Assembly (NCBI RefSeq): GCF_001194135.2
Contig: NC_068991.1
Span: 27,261,179-27,303,051, forward strand
Direction of reading: 5' to 3'
DNA from: Octopus bimaculoides
Lineage: Eukaryota
Length of the DNA stretch: 41,873 nt
Below the pieces are notes generated by a model, which did not search any database, was not told the origin of the DNA, and saw only the letters and a program-made list of their open reading frames with translations. Of the stretch, positions 1 through 10,737 are shown one piece after another; position 1 is the first letter of the stretch; each line of letters opens with the position of its first letter. A program made the position numbers and the translations under genes.

Positions 1-59
<59 letters not shown>

Positions 60-104
60 GTATATGCATATATGTATGTATGTATGTATGTATGCATGTA
101 TGGA
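1..104. repeat. (TG)n followed by (TATG)n microsatellite
   Basis: Read directly from the sequence. Confidence 0.98.
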
Positions 105-720
105 TACTCTAATATCGGAGATTGAGAATGAGTGTTCAACACCGTTTTGCTGGTTAAATATTATTTCTTTGTAGGTTAAAAAGCAGCGAATTGTTTCATG
201 TGAAGAAATCTTCACAGTTGCTCAAGTGCTCTACATGGAAGTGCTGGTACTCGTCTCCAATTTGAATGATAAAACACGAGGATGATAAATACACAAGGTT
301 ACACGAAACTGAGCGGCTGTAACTTATGAGAGTGTCTTAATACTTATATCACTTGTCCCTTGATTTTTGGTCAAAATTGTGTTCACTGGGGTTACTACAA
401 CAGCGATAACAATGATTATATTCTCATAAGACACATCCTGTAACCTGTGAATTTATTTTAAAATCCCTCTTAGTCTTGTATTACTTCGAGTGTTCTCATC
501 CAAAATGGAGACGAGCACCTACACTTCCATGTGGTATTCTATGTAGTGTGTATAGTGTTTGTCTGTGTGTGTGTATGTGTATCTATAAATAATTGCTACA
601 TTTCCCTGTTCAAGAAACAGAAATACATTTAATGACACAAATCATAATGCTAATAAAGTGCGCGCGCACACTCACGTGTGAGTGTGTGCTTGAGAGTATT
701 CGTGTGTGTGTGTGTGTGTG

Positions 721-889
721 TTTGCATATTTCATAAAGAAGAACCTGAATATTGACCTTGGAAAACTTCTGTGACTGAACAGGGAACACCAATTTTTAAA
801 AAACGAAATCAAAGCACTTATTTAGATTTCAAACTCCCTCGTGACTATTCACCCACTGATATGTGTCTGTGTATGTGCTTCTGCGTGCG
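721..889 (+). repeat. 169-bp direct repeat, copy 1 (copy 2 at 9935-10103)
   Basis: TTTGCATATTTCATAAAG...CTTCTGCGTGCG matches 9935-10103 at a constant offset of 9214, with one mismatch (806 A vs 10020 T). Confidence 0.97.
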
Positions 890-897
890 TGTGTGTA

Positions 898-935
<38 letters not shown>

Positions 936-1590
936 TGTTTATCATATTGTCTTTTGCATCTATCCGATTATGTTGTCACTTGTATCCTTTCCTACTTTAA
1001 AAAAAGATTCAGAAGTAGTAAAATGTAAGAGGGAAATTAATGGAATAGTAAAATGAAGTTTAAACATTTATAACACGATCAGAAAGACATAAACTAACGA
1101 AGTGTCAAAGGGAAGGACACTAAAATATGCTATGTTGTGTCGTTGACCAAGTCATTGCAATATTTTATCCTTCACAATGAGACTTTATATTGTGATGAAC
1201 AGCACAAATCAAATATTTTTGAATTTAGGAAGGGCATCAGTGAGATCATTGGGGAGCGGATTTATTGCACTCAATTCAATCAGGTATCGAAACTGCCTCG
1301 CAGAAATATGTTCATGGATTTGGGGTGATTGACTCATTAATAGATTATGTGATGAGATAATTGTAATTCATATGCGATTGTGGGGAAAATTAATCATGTA
1401 CACGTTATGATCACTAAAATAGAAATGAAACGTGATTGATCTCAAGAGAGATTAGATTCAGCAATATATAGTATCTTAAATAGAATAGAATTCATGTATA
1501 ATGAAATATTTTCTTTGTGTGTATGCTTGTCTGTCTGTCCGTCTGGTGGTTTATGTGGGCGTAGGTGTGCGTATATATATATATACATAC

Positions 1591-1627
<37 letters not shown>

Positions 1628-2049
1628 NNNNNNNNNNNNNNNNNNNNNNNNNNNNNNNNNNNNNNNNNNNNNNNNNNNNNNNNNNNNNNNNNNNNNNNNN
1701 NNNNNNNNNNNNNNNNNNNNNNNNNNNNNNNNNNNNNNNNNNNNNNNNNNNNNNNNNNNNNNNNNNNNNNNNNNNNNNNNNNNNNNNNNNNNNNNNNNNN
1801 NNNNNNNNNNNNNNNNNNNNNNNNNNNNNNNNNNNNNNNNNNNNNNNNNNNNNNNNNNNNNNNNNNNNNNNNNNNNNNNNNNNNNNNNNNNNNNNNNNNN
1901 NNNNNNNNNNNNNNNNNNNNNNNNNNNNNNNNNNNNNNNNNNNNNNNNNNNNNNNNNNNNNNNNNNNNNNNNNNNNNNNNNNNNNNNNNNNNNNNNNNNN
2001 NNNNNNNNNNNNNNNNNNAACAATAAGCAACACGGATTTCAAAAGTGAT

Positions 2050-2138
2050 TGCAGTACGCACGTTTCATGCTACTTCAATTTATTTAAGTAATGTGAGCAT
2101 TACCTTAAATGCAATATGAAGAGCAATCTTCAGTTGCA
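2050..2138 (-). ncRNA. Type I hammerhead ribozyme motif (left arm, mirror copy)
   Basis: Same core on the minus strand. The T at 2134 turns the core-adjacent helix I pair into an A-C mismatch. Confidence 0.65.
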
Positions 2139-2384
2139 CGAAAATGTAGAAAATGTAGAAAAAAGACATATTATAAATGTGGCAACATATTAAATCCAAG
2201 TGGGAGAGAGCATATATAAAATCCAAATGTGAGGAAGAATATATAGCCTGATAGATCCCGCTATGTCAAGATGGACTTATATATTCTTCCTCACATTTGG
2301 ATTTTATATATGCTCTCTCCCACTTGCATTAAATATGTTGCCACATTTATAATATGTCTTTTTTCTACATTTTCTACATTTTCG

Positions 2385-2473
2385 TGCAGCTGAAGATTGC
2401 TCTTCATATTGCATTTAAGGTAATGCTCACGTTACTTAAATAAATTGAAGTAGCATGAAACGTGCGTACTGCA
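2385..2473 (+). ncRNA. Type I hammerhead ribozyme motif (right arm)
   Basis: Helix I UGCAG (2385-89)/CUGCA (2469-73); core CUGAAGA (2390-96); extended helix II (UGCU/AGCA, CUUCA/UGAAG, AUUUAA/UUAAAU); GAAAC (2457-61); GUGC loop; GUA cleavage triplet (2466-68). Confidence 0.75.
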
Positions 2474-2579
2474 ATCACTTTTGAAATCCGTGCTGCTTAT
2501 TGTTTGATTTTTAATCACCCATCCTTTTGGGATGCGATATTCGGGTGCCTTCGCATAAGTACCATATTCAAACCTTGAA

Positions 2580-2616
<37 letters not shown>

Positions 2617-2619
<3 letters not shown>

Positions 2620-3369
2620 TAATGCAGTTATGTCAACTGCATGAATTAAATTTTGGAGGGTGACTGGATAAACTACCTGCATCAACTTGCTATCAATAAA
2701 GGCAAGAACGCAACAGGAAGTGCGATGGATGTTAATGCAGTATATGGGGATCGGACAATAAGCCTAAGCCAGTGTCAACAGTGGTTCCAGAAATTATGAG
2801 CCGGAAATCACAGCCTCGAAGACGAGTCATGTCCTGAAAGATCTGTAGAGCACGATGAGGATCTCTTACAAACCCTGGTGAAAGAAAATCCCATCGTAAC
2901 TGTTGAAGATCTAGCAGAGAATCTTGGATTTCGTCATTCAACCAGTCATTCAAGTCAGCGCAAGAAGCAAAACGACCAACTTTGGTTTCAAGACGAAAAG
3001 TGCTCTTCCATCAAGATACTGCTCGGCCACATACATAGAGGATGACATTCCAAAGGCTGAATTGGAAACAATGCCCCGACAATCATATTTGCCGCACATT
3101 GCCCCATCATATTATCATTTATTTTGCAGTCTTCAAAATCATCTGGACGGAAAAAATATGAATTTTGTAGACAATGTCAGAACATTAGTTGAGGAGTATT
3201 TTTCGTCACGGAAAAGTGAATTTTGGAAGAGGGGCTTGGCGAGTCTACCGGATAAATTGACGGAAGAGCATTGTAGAAAATGAAGGAGAATATATTTTAG
3301 ATGAAAGACAACTTTATCTTAATTTTGAGAAATAAAAGAAGTATAAAAAGCCGCATTATTTATGAGATG

Positions 3370-3377
<8 letters not shown>
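2617..3377 (+). mobile_element. Internally deleted mariner-type DNA transposon
   Basis: Translated N-terminal HTH region (KGKNATGSAMDVNAVYGDRTISLSQCQQWFQK...SLEDE) is joined to the C-terminal catalytic region (VLFHQDTARPH; PHIAPSYYHLFCSLQNHLDGK; FWKRGLASLP). A 3' TIR-like end (TTATTTATGAGATGATCCAATA) is present, and both ends abut (TA)n. Confidence 0.88.
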
Positions 3378-3413
<36 letters not shown>

Positions 3414-3829
3414 AATAACACCGCATATAAGAGTGCAAACGTAAATGGGAGAAGTTAAAATCAAGACTCAGGTGAAATGAATTGATACAGATGCAAAGTG
3501 AGGTGCTTGCGTAGAAAGGGGCAAGTAGATGCTGATGAGCAAGTGAAGATCAACAATATTATTTGAACTGTTACACGCTCAAAAATATTGACGGTTAAGA
3601 AGTAAATTGGGAGCTGCATATGAGATAATACAAAAAGCATACGTATCCTGATTCGGCGATACGTATCGTGATACGCAACTTGATTCGGTTTGTTTGTAAA
3701 AAAATGTTAGCATTTACACAATGTTCGACAAGAGCCACACTGGAAGCTATATCCCCCGGGAGACTGGAGCTTTACAATTTCCATGAATTACAAGTTTTGC
3801 AATCACAATTTCTTACGCAGTCACAATTT

Positions 3830-4630
3830 CTGAACTATGTTGTGCATGTGCAAAATTTTTAAGGTCCTAGTTCACTTCTTCTGTCTACAGCAGTGCTTGG
3901 AATGAAGGTGTGTAACGTGTGATCGTTGCATTGACCATGACTGAGAAAGTTGAGTAGAGAATCTGCATCAACTTTTGTCAAAGGTTGGCGATACCTGCTC
4001 AGAGGCTTACGCAAAGATTTCAAAAAGTTTTCATCGTTCTCGACACAATCAAGATTTTGTGCAACTGGAACCCGAGTGTCTTTATCGTCAGCTGAAAGCA
4101 GGTTTGGCACAAACTTGGCAGACACTTGTTTCATATCAAAATCTTCATTCATAATGGACTGCACTGAACGGTAACTGATCTGTACATCCTCTGATTACTC
4201 ACGGATCGTGAATTGGCGTTTTCCCTCACAGCTGCACGAACATCTACGATATTTTTCTCAGTTCTACTGGTAGCAGGTCCCCCAGAACTTTCGTTAATAT
4301 CAACATTTTTCGGCCATCTTGGAAACGCCTGAACCACTCGTACACTTGTGCGCCACTCATGCACCCCTTTCCATACACTTTCTGTAACTTTGGGTAGGCT
4401 ACTGAGCAGGTATGGCCGTGATAACTTTGTGTCATGGTCAATGCGATGATCACACACTACACACCTTCGTTCCAAACACTGCTGTAAACAGCAGAAGTGA
4501 GCTAGAACATTAAAACTTGGTGCACATGCACAGCAGAGTTCAAGGTCAATCTTTGCCTAGCGGATTTACTTTGCCTACATTAGCTTCGTTACCACAGCAA
4601 CAATCCGAATACTTATTGATCAGACCTCGT
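3830..4630 (-). mobile_element. Mariner-derived non-autonomous element with an inverted duplication of its 5' end
   Basis: Minus strand has a mariner TIR (ACGAGGTCTGATCAATAAGTATTCGGA at 4630) and transposase N-terminus (LQKVYGKGCMSGAQVYEWFRRFQDGR; SGGPATSRTEKNI; MKQVSAKFVPNLL). Plus strand 3830-4030 repeats the same leader and N-terminus (RICINFCQRL). Confidence 0.85.
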
Positions 4631-4732
4631 GTGTAATTAGAAATCGTTTATCTATTGAGAACACAAAACGTGACAGTTTTTCTGCATTCTCACTGTGCTG
4701 ACATCAGAGATCATCTGAAGTATACTTTTCCA

Positions 4733-4734
<2 letters not shown>

Positions 4735-4785
<51 letters not shown>

Positions 4786-4811
4786 TATACATACATACAT
4801 ATATATATATA
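4735..4811. repeat. (CA)n/(TA)n microsatellite before gap
   Basis: Read directly from the sequence. Confidence 0.97.
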
Positions 4812-5336
4812 NNNNNNNNNNNNNNNNNNNNNNNNNNNNNNNNNNNNNNNNNNNNNNNNNNNNNNNNNNNNNNNNNNNNNNNNNNNNNNNNNNNNNNNNN
4901 NNNNNNNNNNNNNNNNNNNNNNNNNNNNNNNNNNNNNNNNNNNNNNNNNNNNNNNNNNNNNNNNNNNNNNNNNNNNNNNNNNNNNNNNNNNNNNNNNNNN
5001 NNNNNNNNNNNNNNNNNNNNNNNNNNNNNNNNNNNNNNNNNNNNNNNNNNNNNNNNNNNNNNNNNNNNNNNNNNNNNNNNNNNNNNNNNNNNNNNNNNNN
5101 NNNNNNNNNNNNNNNNNNNNNNNNNNNNNNNNNNNNNNNNNNNNNNNNNNNNNNNNNNNNNNNNNNNNNNNNNNNNNNNNNNNNNNNNNNNNNNNNNNNN
5201 NNNNNNNNNNNNNNNNNNNNNNNNNNNNNNNNNNNNNNNNNNNNNNNNNNNNNNNNNNNNNNNNNNNNNNNNNNNNNNNNNNNNNNNNNNNNNNNNNNNN
5301 NNNNNNNNNNNNNNNNNNNNNNNNNNNNNNNNNNTA

Positions 5337-7760
5337 TTTTTAGAAATGATGACATTTCAGAGATTTTTTGTGTTTTAGTTATAGGGATAATATTTTTAAA
5401 CCCCAAGTAGGATAAATTTAATCATTGTTTGTTAAGAGTAGGTTTGAATTTCTTAATAAAGTCCTTTTCTTTGCATTTTCTCTCAATTTCATTCCGGTTG
5501 TAAAGTTTATGGAATGGAAATATAATAAAAGTTTGATGACCACATGTTTCCAGATGGTTACTCAGTGGTATTTGGCAGACTTCTGGGTTTTTAATCTGTT
5601 GTCGATGCACCCGTGAGCGTTCCGATAGTGCATTACCTGTCTGGCCAACGTACAGTTCTTCACAATTAGGGCATTTGATGCAGTAGATTTCTACTTTTGC
5701 AGTTCATATTCGCATTGGTGAATATTTTCCGTTTTTGTGTTCATATATGGGCCGGTATGAATTGATCGGCATGTACCGCGTCGGCTATCATTGTATTTGG
5801 ATACAGTGAATGCTTGATTTTTGTTGCTGAGGTCAAACCTTGCCTTTGTTAATAGCTTTTTCAAGTTTTTAGGTTGTCTCTTACTGAGAGTTATATTTTG
5901 ATCTGTAATGATATTTCTCAATTCCTTACTTTGTGCAAGGATCGGTAAGTTCGCTTTGGCGATATTAAAGATGTTCTGGTGGCATGGATTTTGTGTCACT
6001 ATAAATGGAATGATCTTTTCCTATTTGTCTCTTCTCTGTGGTGTCTTCAGTTGTTGTATGGGTATTTTCGAAGCCCGCTGAATACCATTTTCTATGAGTA
6101 GTGATGGGTACTTTTGCTTTAGCAGAAATTCTTTCAGTTCCATCAGGCGCTGATTTCTGGTCTCTATATCCTCTACAATAGTACATATTCTCCTGGCTAG
6201 GCAGTATGGAATGTTGCGTTTTGTATGGGGTGGATGGCACGATTTAAAGTTCAAGTATTAGTGTGTGTCTGTGGGTTTGTAATATATATCTGTGGTAATG
6301 GCGGTGTCCCTTTTAACTACCATTATATCTAGAAATGGTAATTTGCTACTGCTCATCTCCTTTGTAAATTGGATGGATGGATGTAGGCTGTTCAGGAGGG
6401 TGTTGAATTCTTCCACAGTGCTTTGAGGTTTGGTCCAGATGATAAAGCAATCGTCCAGGTATCTCTTCCATGCTTTTTCTATAAACTTCCTAAATTCGGT
6501 GTTATATCTCTCTTCTATTTCCTGGTAGAGATTTTGTTCCAAGTAACCCATCACCGAGTTCGCATAAACTGGAGCAAACCTCGTCCCCATAGCCGTGCCT
6601 TTAATTTGGATATAGTTCTTTCCATTGAAGAAGAAAGTATTATTTTCCAGAATAAGTCTCACTGATTCTAGTATAAATGTCACCGTGAATCTGTTGGGAA
6701 TTGCTTCCCTGTGTTTGTCTACCCAGTATNNNNNNNNNNNNNNGAAGCTGGGTATGTATGTACATAGTGGCTTTAAAAGAATGTCGATGAAATTGCTTAG
6801 ACGGTGAGTAGGGCATACTGGGCCAGCTATAATTGGTCTAAGTTTTAAATCTTTTGGATGTAGCACTTTTATGTATTCACTTCCTTGTTCTTTTACTGCC
6901 TGTTGAATATCTTCTGACTTATGTATTTTGGGTAAGCCGTAAAAGTTACTGGGTTTCGGTTCGAAGTCGGTGATGTAGTCTCTTTCGTTGTTAGTGAGTG
7001 AGTTGTAGTGTTTAGAAACTAGGTGGTTGATCTTCTTCATGATGTGGTGGTCTATGTTCAATGGTATTTCACAATAGAAGGTTGTATCCTTTAGTTGTTC
7101 CTCAACTAAATCCTTGTAGTATTCCGCATCCATGATAACGATTGCACCCCCTTTATCTGCTTGTTTAATTATTATTGTTTCATCGTTTTGTATGCGTTTA
7201 AGTGCAGATATCTTTGAATTGTTAATGTTCGGCCTAATTTTGGTATTTTGTTTTAGGGGGAAGTTTGATAGGGTGTCGATATATTGGTCAAGGTAGATAT
7301 TTCTGCCTTTTGGTGGGGTGAAATTTGATTTATTCCTCACTAAAGAATCTTCGGTTTCATTATTATTTTTATTATTAATATTGGTGGTGAAGAATTCGAC
7401 AAGTCGTAATTTGCGACAGAGTTTCTGGATATCTTCCTATAGTTCATGGTGGCTGACTGTTGGTGTAGGTGTAAATTTCAGGCCTTTTAACAGACGTTGT
7501 GTTTCATTATTGTCAAGATCTCTTCTGGAAAGATTAATTATCTTAGGATCTATATGTCCAGTTGTTTTGGGTATGTTTCCTCCTGAGATTTTTCTTTCTC
7601 CGGTGTTTGTTGTCCTGACATTAAAAAAATGAATTTTTTTCTGTTTATGGTTTCTATTTTTGTTGACTTGACGTTTGTGTTTTCGTTGTGTTATTTTACC
7701 TGGCGTTGTTATGTTTGCCGTCCTATTTTCGGAATTATACATCTTCTTTTTCAATTTGTA
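5337..7760 (-). mobile_element. Penelope-like retroelement (Neptune-like), frameshifted RT + GIY-YIG ORF
   Basis: N-terminus IINLS...LLKGLKFTPTP; RT 7340-6258 with IIKQADKGGAIV, FYGLPKIHK, LRPIIAG, KGTAMGTRFAPVYAN, WKRYLDDCFIIW, LPFLDI, YYKPTDTH; thumb KRNIPYCLARRICTIV; degenerate Cys linker (KYNDSRRGTC); endonuclease C-terminus HRQQI...SNHL...FIKKFKPTLN. The Neptune assignment rests on the linker only. Confidence 0.93.
6258..7340 (-). pseudogene. PLE reverse transcriptase, open across the 14-N gap; part of the RT core appears missing around the gap
   Basis: ORF track 360 aa with a YLDD catalytic motif and PLE-type RT motifs. Confidence 0.9.
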
Positions 7761-7984
7761 AGTATTGGTTTTAGTGATCTGATAGGATGGTCTAGTATTA
7801 TTTCCGGTTCTATATATATATATATAATTTATGATCCCAATAAGGCATAGCGATACTAATAACTAGTTGCATTGAAATTAATATAGCTCTACTTTATTGT
7901 AAACTCTCAAGTTAGCGAAAAACGTAATATCGGTATCCTTAGCATAAATTATATGTGCGAGGTGTGAGAGAGCGGGGAAGAATG

Positions 7985-8325
7985 AATGTGTGGATGCAAC
8001 TGGTACTCTGTGGGTTACCACGATGAGGTTTCCAGTTGATTCGATTAAAGGAATAGCCGACTCACAAAATTAACGTGCAAGTGGATGAGCACTCCAGACA
8101 CTCTTAACGTTGTTAGTTCTCGGGAAGATTTAGCGCGATGCACCGCTTATGACAAGGCTGGCACTGTGAATTACAAGTACAAAACAATCTTTGCCAACTG
8201 AGTGGACTGGAGCAACATGAAAATAAATTGAATTGATCAAAGACACAAAGCTCCGTCAGGAATCGAAACCAATACGATACGAACACAAACCGAATACCCT
8301 AAACGCTAAGGTACGTCGCTGTGTA
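7985..8325 (-). mobile_element. Degraded tRNA-derived SINE
   Basis: Minus-strand head with a B-box-like GGTTTCGATTCC near 8260. The body (GTTGCTCCAGTCCACTCAG, CACTTGCACGTTAATTT) is recognised as an octopus-type SINE from memory, not from a search. Confidence 0.7.
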
Positions 8326-9934
8326 TATAAGACACCGATAGAAATTCATTATGCATAATTTTCGATATAACATGTGTACCATTTTAAGCTGCTCATTTGC
8401 TATATGATCATGCTGTGATTTAACTATACGAGAATTTGCTCTGTAGAACTCACATAACATGCTGCGTACATCTCACAAATACGCTGTTCTTTTTTTTCTA
8501 TCATTATTATTTTTTGATTCTAACTAATTTATTGTTGATGTTTAAGTATTCATTGCTTACAGCATCGTTCGTGTAGTAAATACTTACAAAGCATGCATCT
8601 ACCTACAAAATTGTATGTATCTCTGAGAGTCATTTCGGCCAAACACTGCAGGATATATGATAAATTCACTATTACTTATTTCATGGGCGTTTACAGATCG
8701 TATCTAGCTCGTTGATACTTATATATACACTTGTCAAAAACATTAATTTGCTTCGCAGGCACAACTTCACATGTTCGTTTTCAACGTTTTTAATTGCAGA
8801 ACGTACGAAATTTCACTGTAATAATTATGTTTTGTGTAGAATTTAATTAAAGTAGACAGAATATTCGATAAATATTACTTTAAGGAAATTGTTTAAGCTG
8901 CTTAAGAGCATTTAATTTAATCATGAAATCTACATGCTGGATAAATGATACGGATAGTGAACTAAGATATAACCATTGGATACTCACTCTCCACTCTCTT
9001 TTCCTTACCTGAAAACACACATACACGTATACACACAGTCGTATGTGTGCTTGTATATATATATATATATATATATNNNNNNNNNNNNNNNNNNNNNNNN
9101 NNNNNNNNNNNNNNNNNNNNNNNNNNNNNNNNNNNNNNNNNNNNNNNNNNNNNNNNNNNNNNNNNNNNNNNNNNNNNNNNNNNNNNNNNNNNNNNNNNNN
9201 NNNNNNNNNNNNNNNNNNNNNNNNNNNNNNNNNNNNNNNNNNNNNNNNNNNNNNNNNNNNNNNNNNNNNNNNNNNNNNNNNNNNNNNNNNNNNNNNNNNN
9301 NNNNNNNNNNNNNNNNNNNNNNNNNNNNNNNNNNNNNNNNNNNNNNNNNNNNNNNNNNNNNNNNNNNNNNNNNNNNNNNNNNNNNNNNNNNNNNNNNNNN
9401 NNNNNNNNNNNNNNNNNNNNNNNNNNNNNNNNNNNNNNNNNNNNNNNNNNNNNNNNNNNNNNNNNNNNNNNNNNNNNNNNNNNNNNNNNNNNNNNNNNNN
9501 NNNNNNNNNNNNNNNNNNNNNNNNNNATAAATGTGTGTGTGTGTCTATTAATATAGATAGATAGATAGATATTAACAGAATAGCTAATGCTAACCACTCT
9601 GAAGAGTAGCTGTAAACTGCAAAGAATTATACATAATGAAGACGTATTCGGTTTAATAGTACGCTATTGAATTTCTCTTGAAATGTTAGCTTTCCTGTAA
9701 AAATTTAAATGGTTTTATGCAAGGATTATAGCAACCTGTTGTCTAAAGCACCGTGCTACAGATGCTCTCGAGATATGAACAAGGTTCTTCATAATTAAAA
9801 TGTATAAATAATATACAACTAATTCTAGCATGTTAACTAACAACATAGCGTTAAATAAATGTGAAAGCATTTTTATTTCTCGCATTGATTCAAAATATCC
9901 TTGAAAATATCTCACTCCCTGTTTTGTATTTTTC

Positions 9935-10103
9935 TTTGCATATTTCATAAAGAAGAACCTGAATATTGACCTTGGAAAACTTCTGTGACTGAACAGGGAA
10001 CACCAATTTTTAAAAAACGTAATCAAAGCACTTATTTAGATTTCAAACTCCCTCGTGACTATTCACCCACTGATATGTGTCTGTGTATGTGCTTCTGCGT
10101 GCG
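9935..10103 (+). repeat. 169-bp direct repeat, copy 2
   Basis: See 721-889. Confidence 0.97.
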
Positions 10104-10611
10104 AGCGCGCTAGTGCGCGCGCGTGTGTGTGTGTCGAAATGCAATATTAAATACAGTAAAATTCAAAAGTAAGCACGAATTACGCTTCGAAGAAATTACT
10201 GCATATTGCAAGTTGTACATTATTATCATTTTAAGACAATGCAGCATGATTTCAAAGAGATTGTCTATCAATTTCTAGCAAATCAAGCAACAAGGTAAAC
10301 GCTTTTGTATTGGATCATCTGTCTGAAGCATTTATTATTGATACATTATTTTCATTTCGTAGTAAACAGTTGCAATAAAAGTGGTGATTGTTTAATGGTC
10401 ACAAAAACACTGATTTTTAGTCACTTACTACTGTTATCTTGCAATTATCAGGAGCTGCTATTTATTGAACGCTAGTCTACATTGTCTTTTGATTAATACA
10501 TTATATTATGCTATTAATATAACTTTCAGAGACACTCTTCAGGTTATTTTTTAAGATGTTTCAGTTACCTGAAGTTTTGACTATGAAATCTGCATTGTCA
10601 AACCACACAGA

Positions 10612-10737
<126 letters not shown>

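Larger units (their letters stand above)
2019..2504. repeat. Long inverted repeat: arms 2019-2245 and 2278-2504 (227 bp, 5 mismatches), 32-nt spacer
   Basis: Base-by-base reverse-complement comparison. The left arm runs into the N gap, so the repeat may be longer. Confidence 0.97.

Noticed and set aside
1137-1328. 63-aa ORF with plausible composition
   Set aside because: No recognisable motif, no convincing acceptor site and no ATG start.
9596-9630. CUGAAGA-GUAG...CUGC, an HHR-like start
   Set aside because: Followed by AAAG rather than GAAAC, with no NUH triplet or helix I partner.
721-10103. LTR retrotransposon bounded by the 169-bp repeats
   Set aside because: No TG...CA termini, PBS/PPT, TSD or gag/pol; the interior is a mixture of unrelated elements.
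10236-10294. Candidate plus-strand exon (ttttaag|TMQHDFKEIVYQFLANQAT|gtaaac), and similar candidates at 13193-13226, 14484-14560 and about 21296-21398
   Set aside because: Splice-like signals are common in AT-rich DNA, the peptides match no family I recognise, and I could not chain them in phase without stops.
10515-10548. Minus-strand CUGAAGA...GAAAG
   Set aside because: A simple short palindrome; there is no room for helix III or a cleavage triplet.
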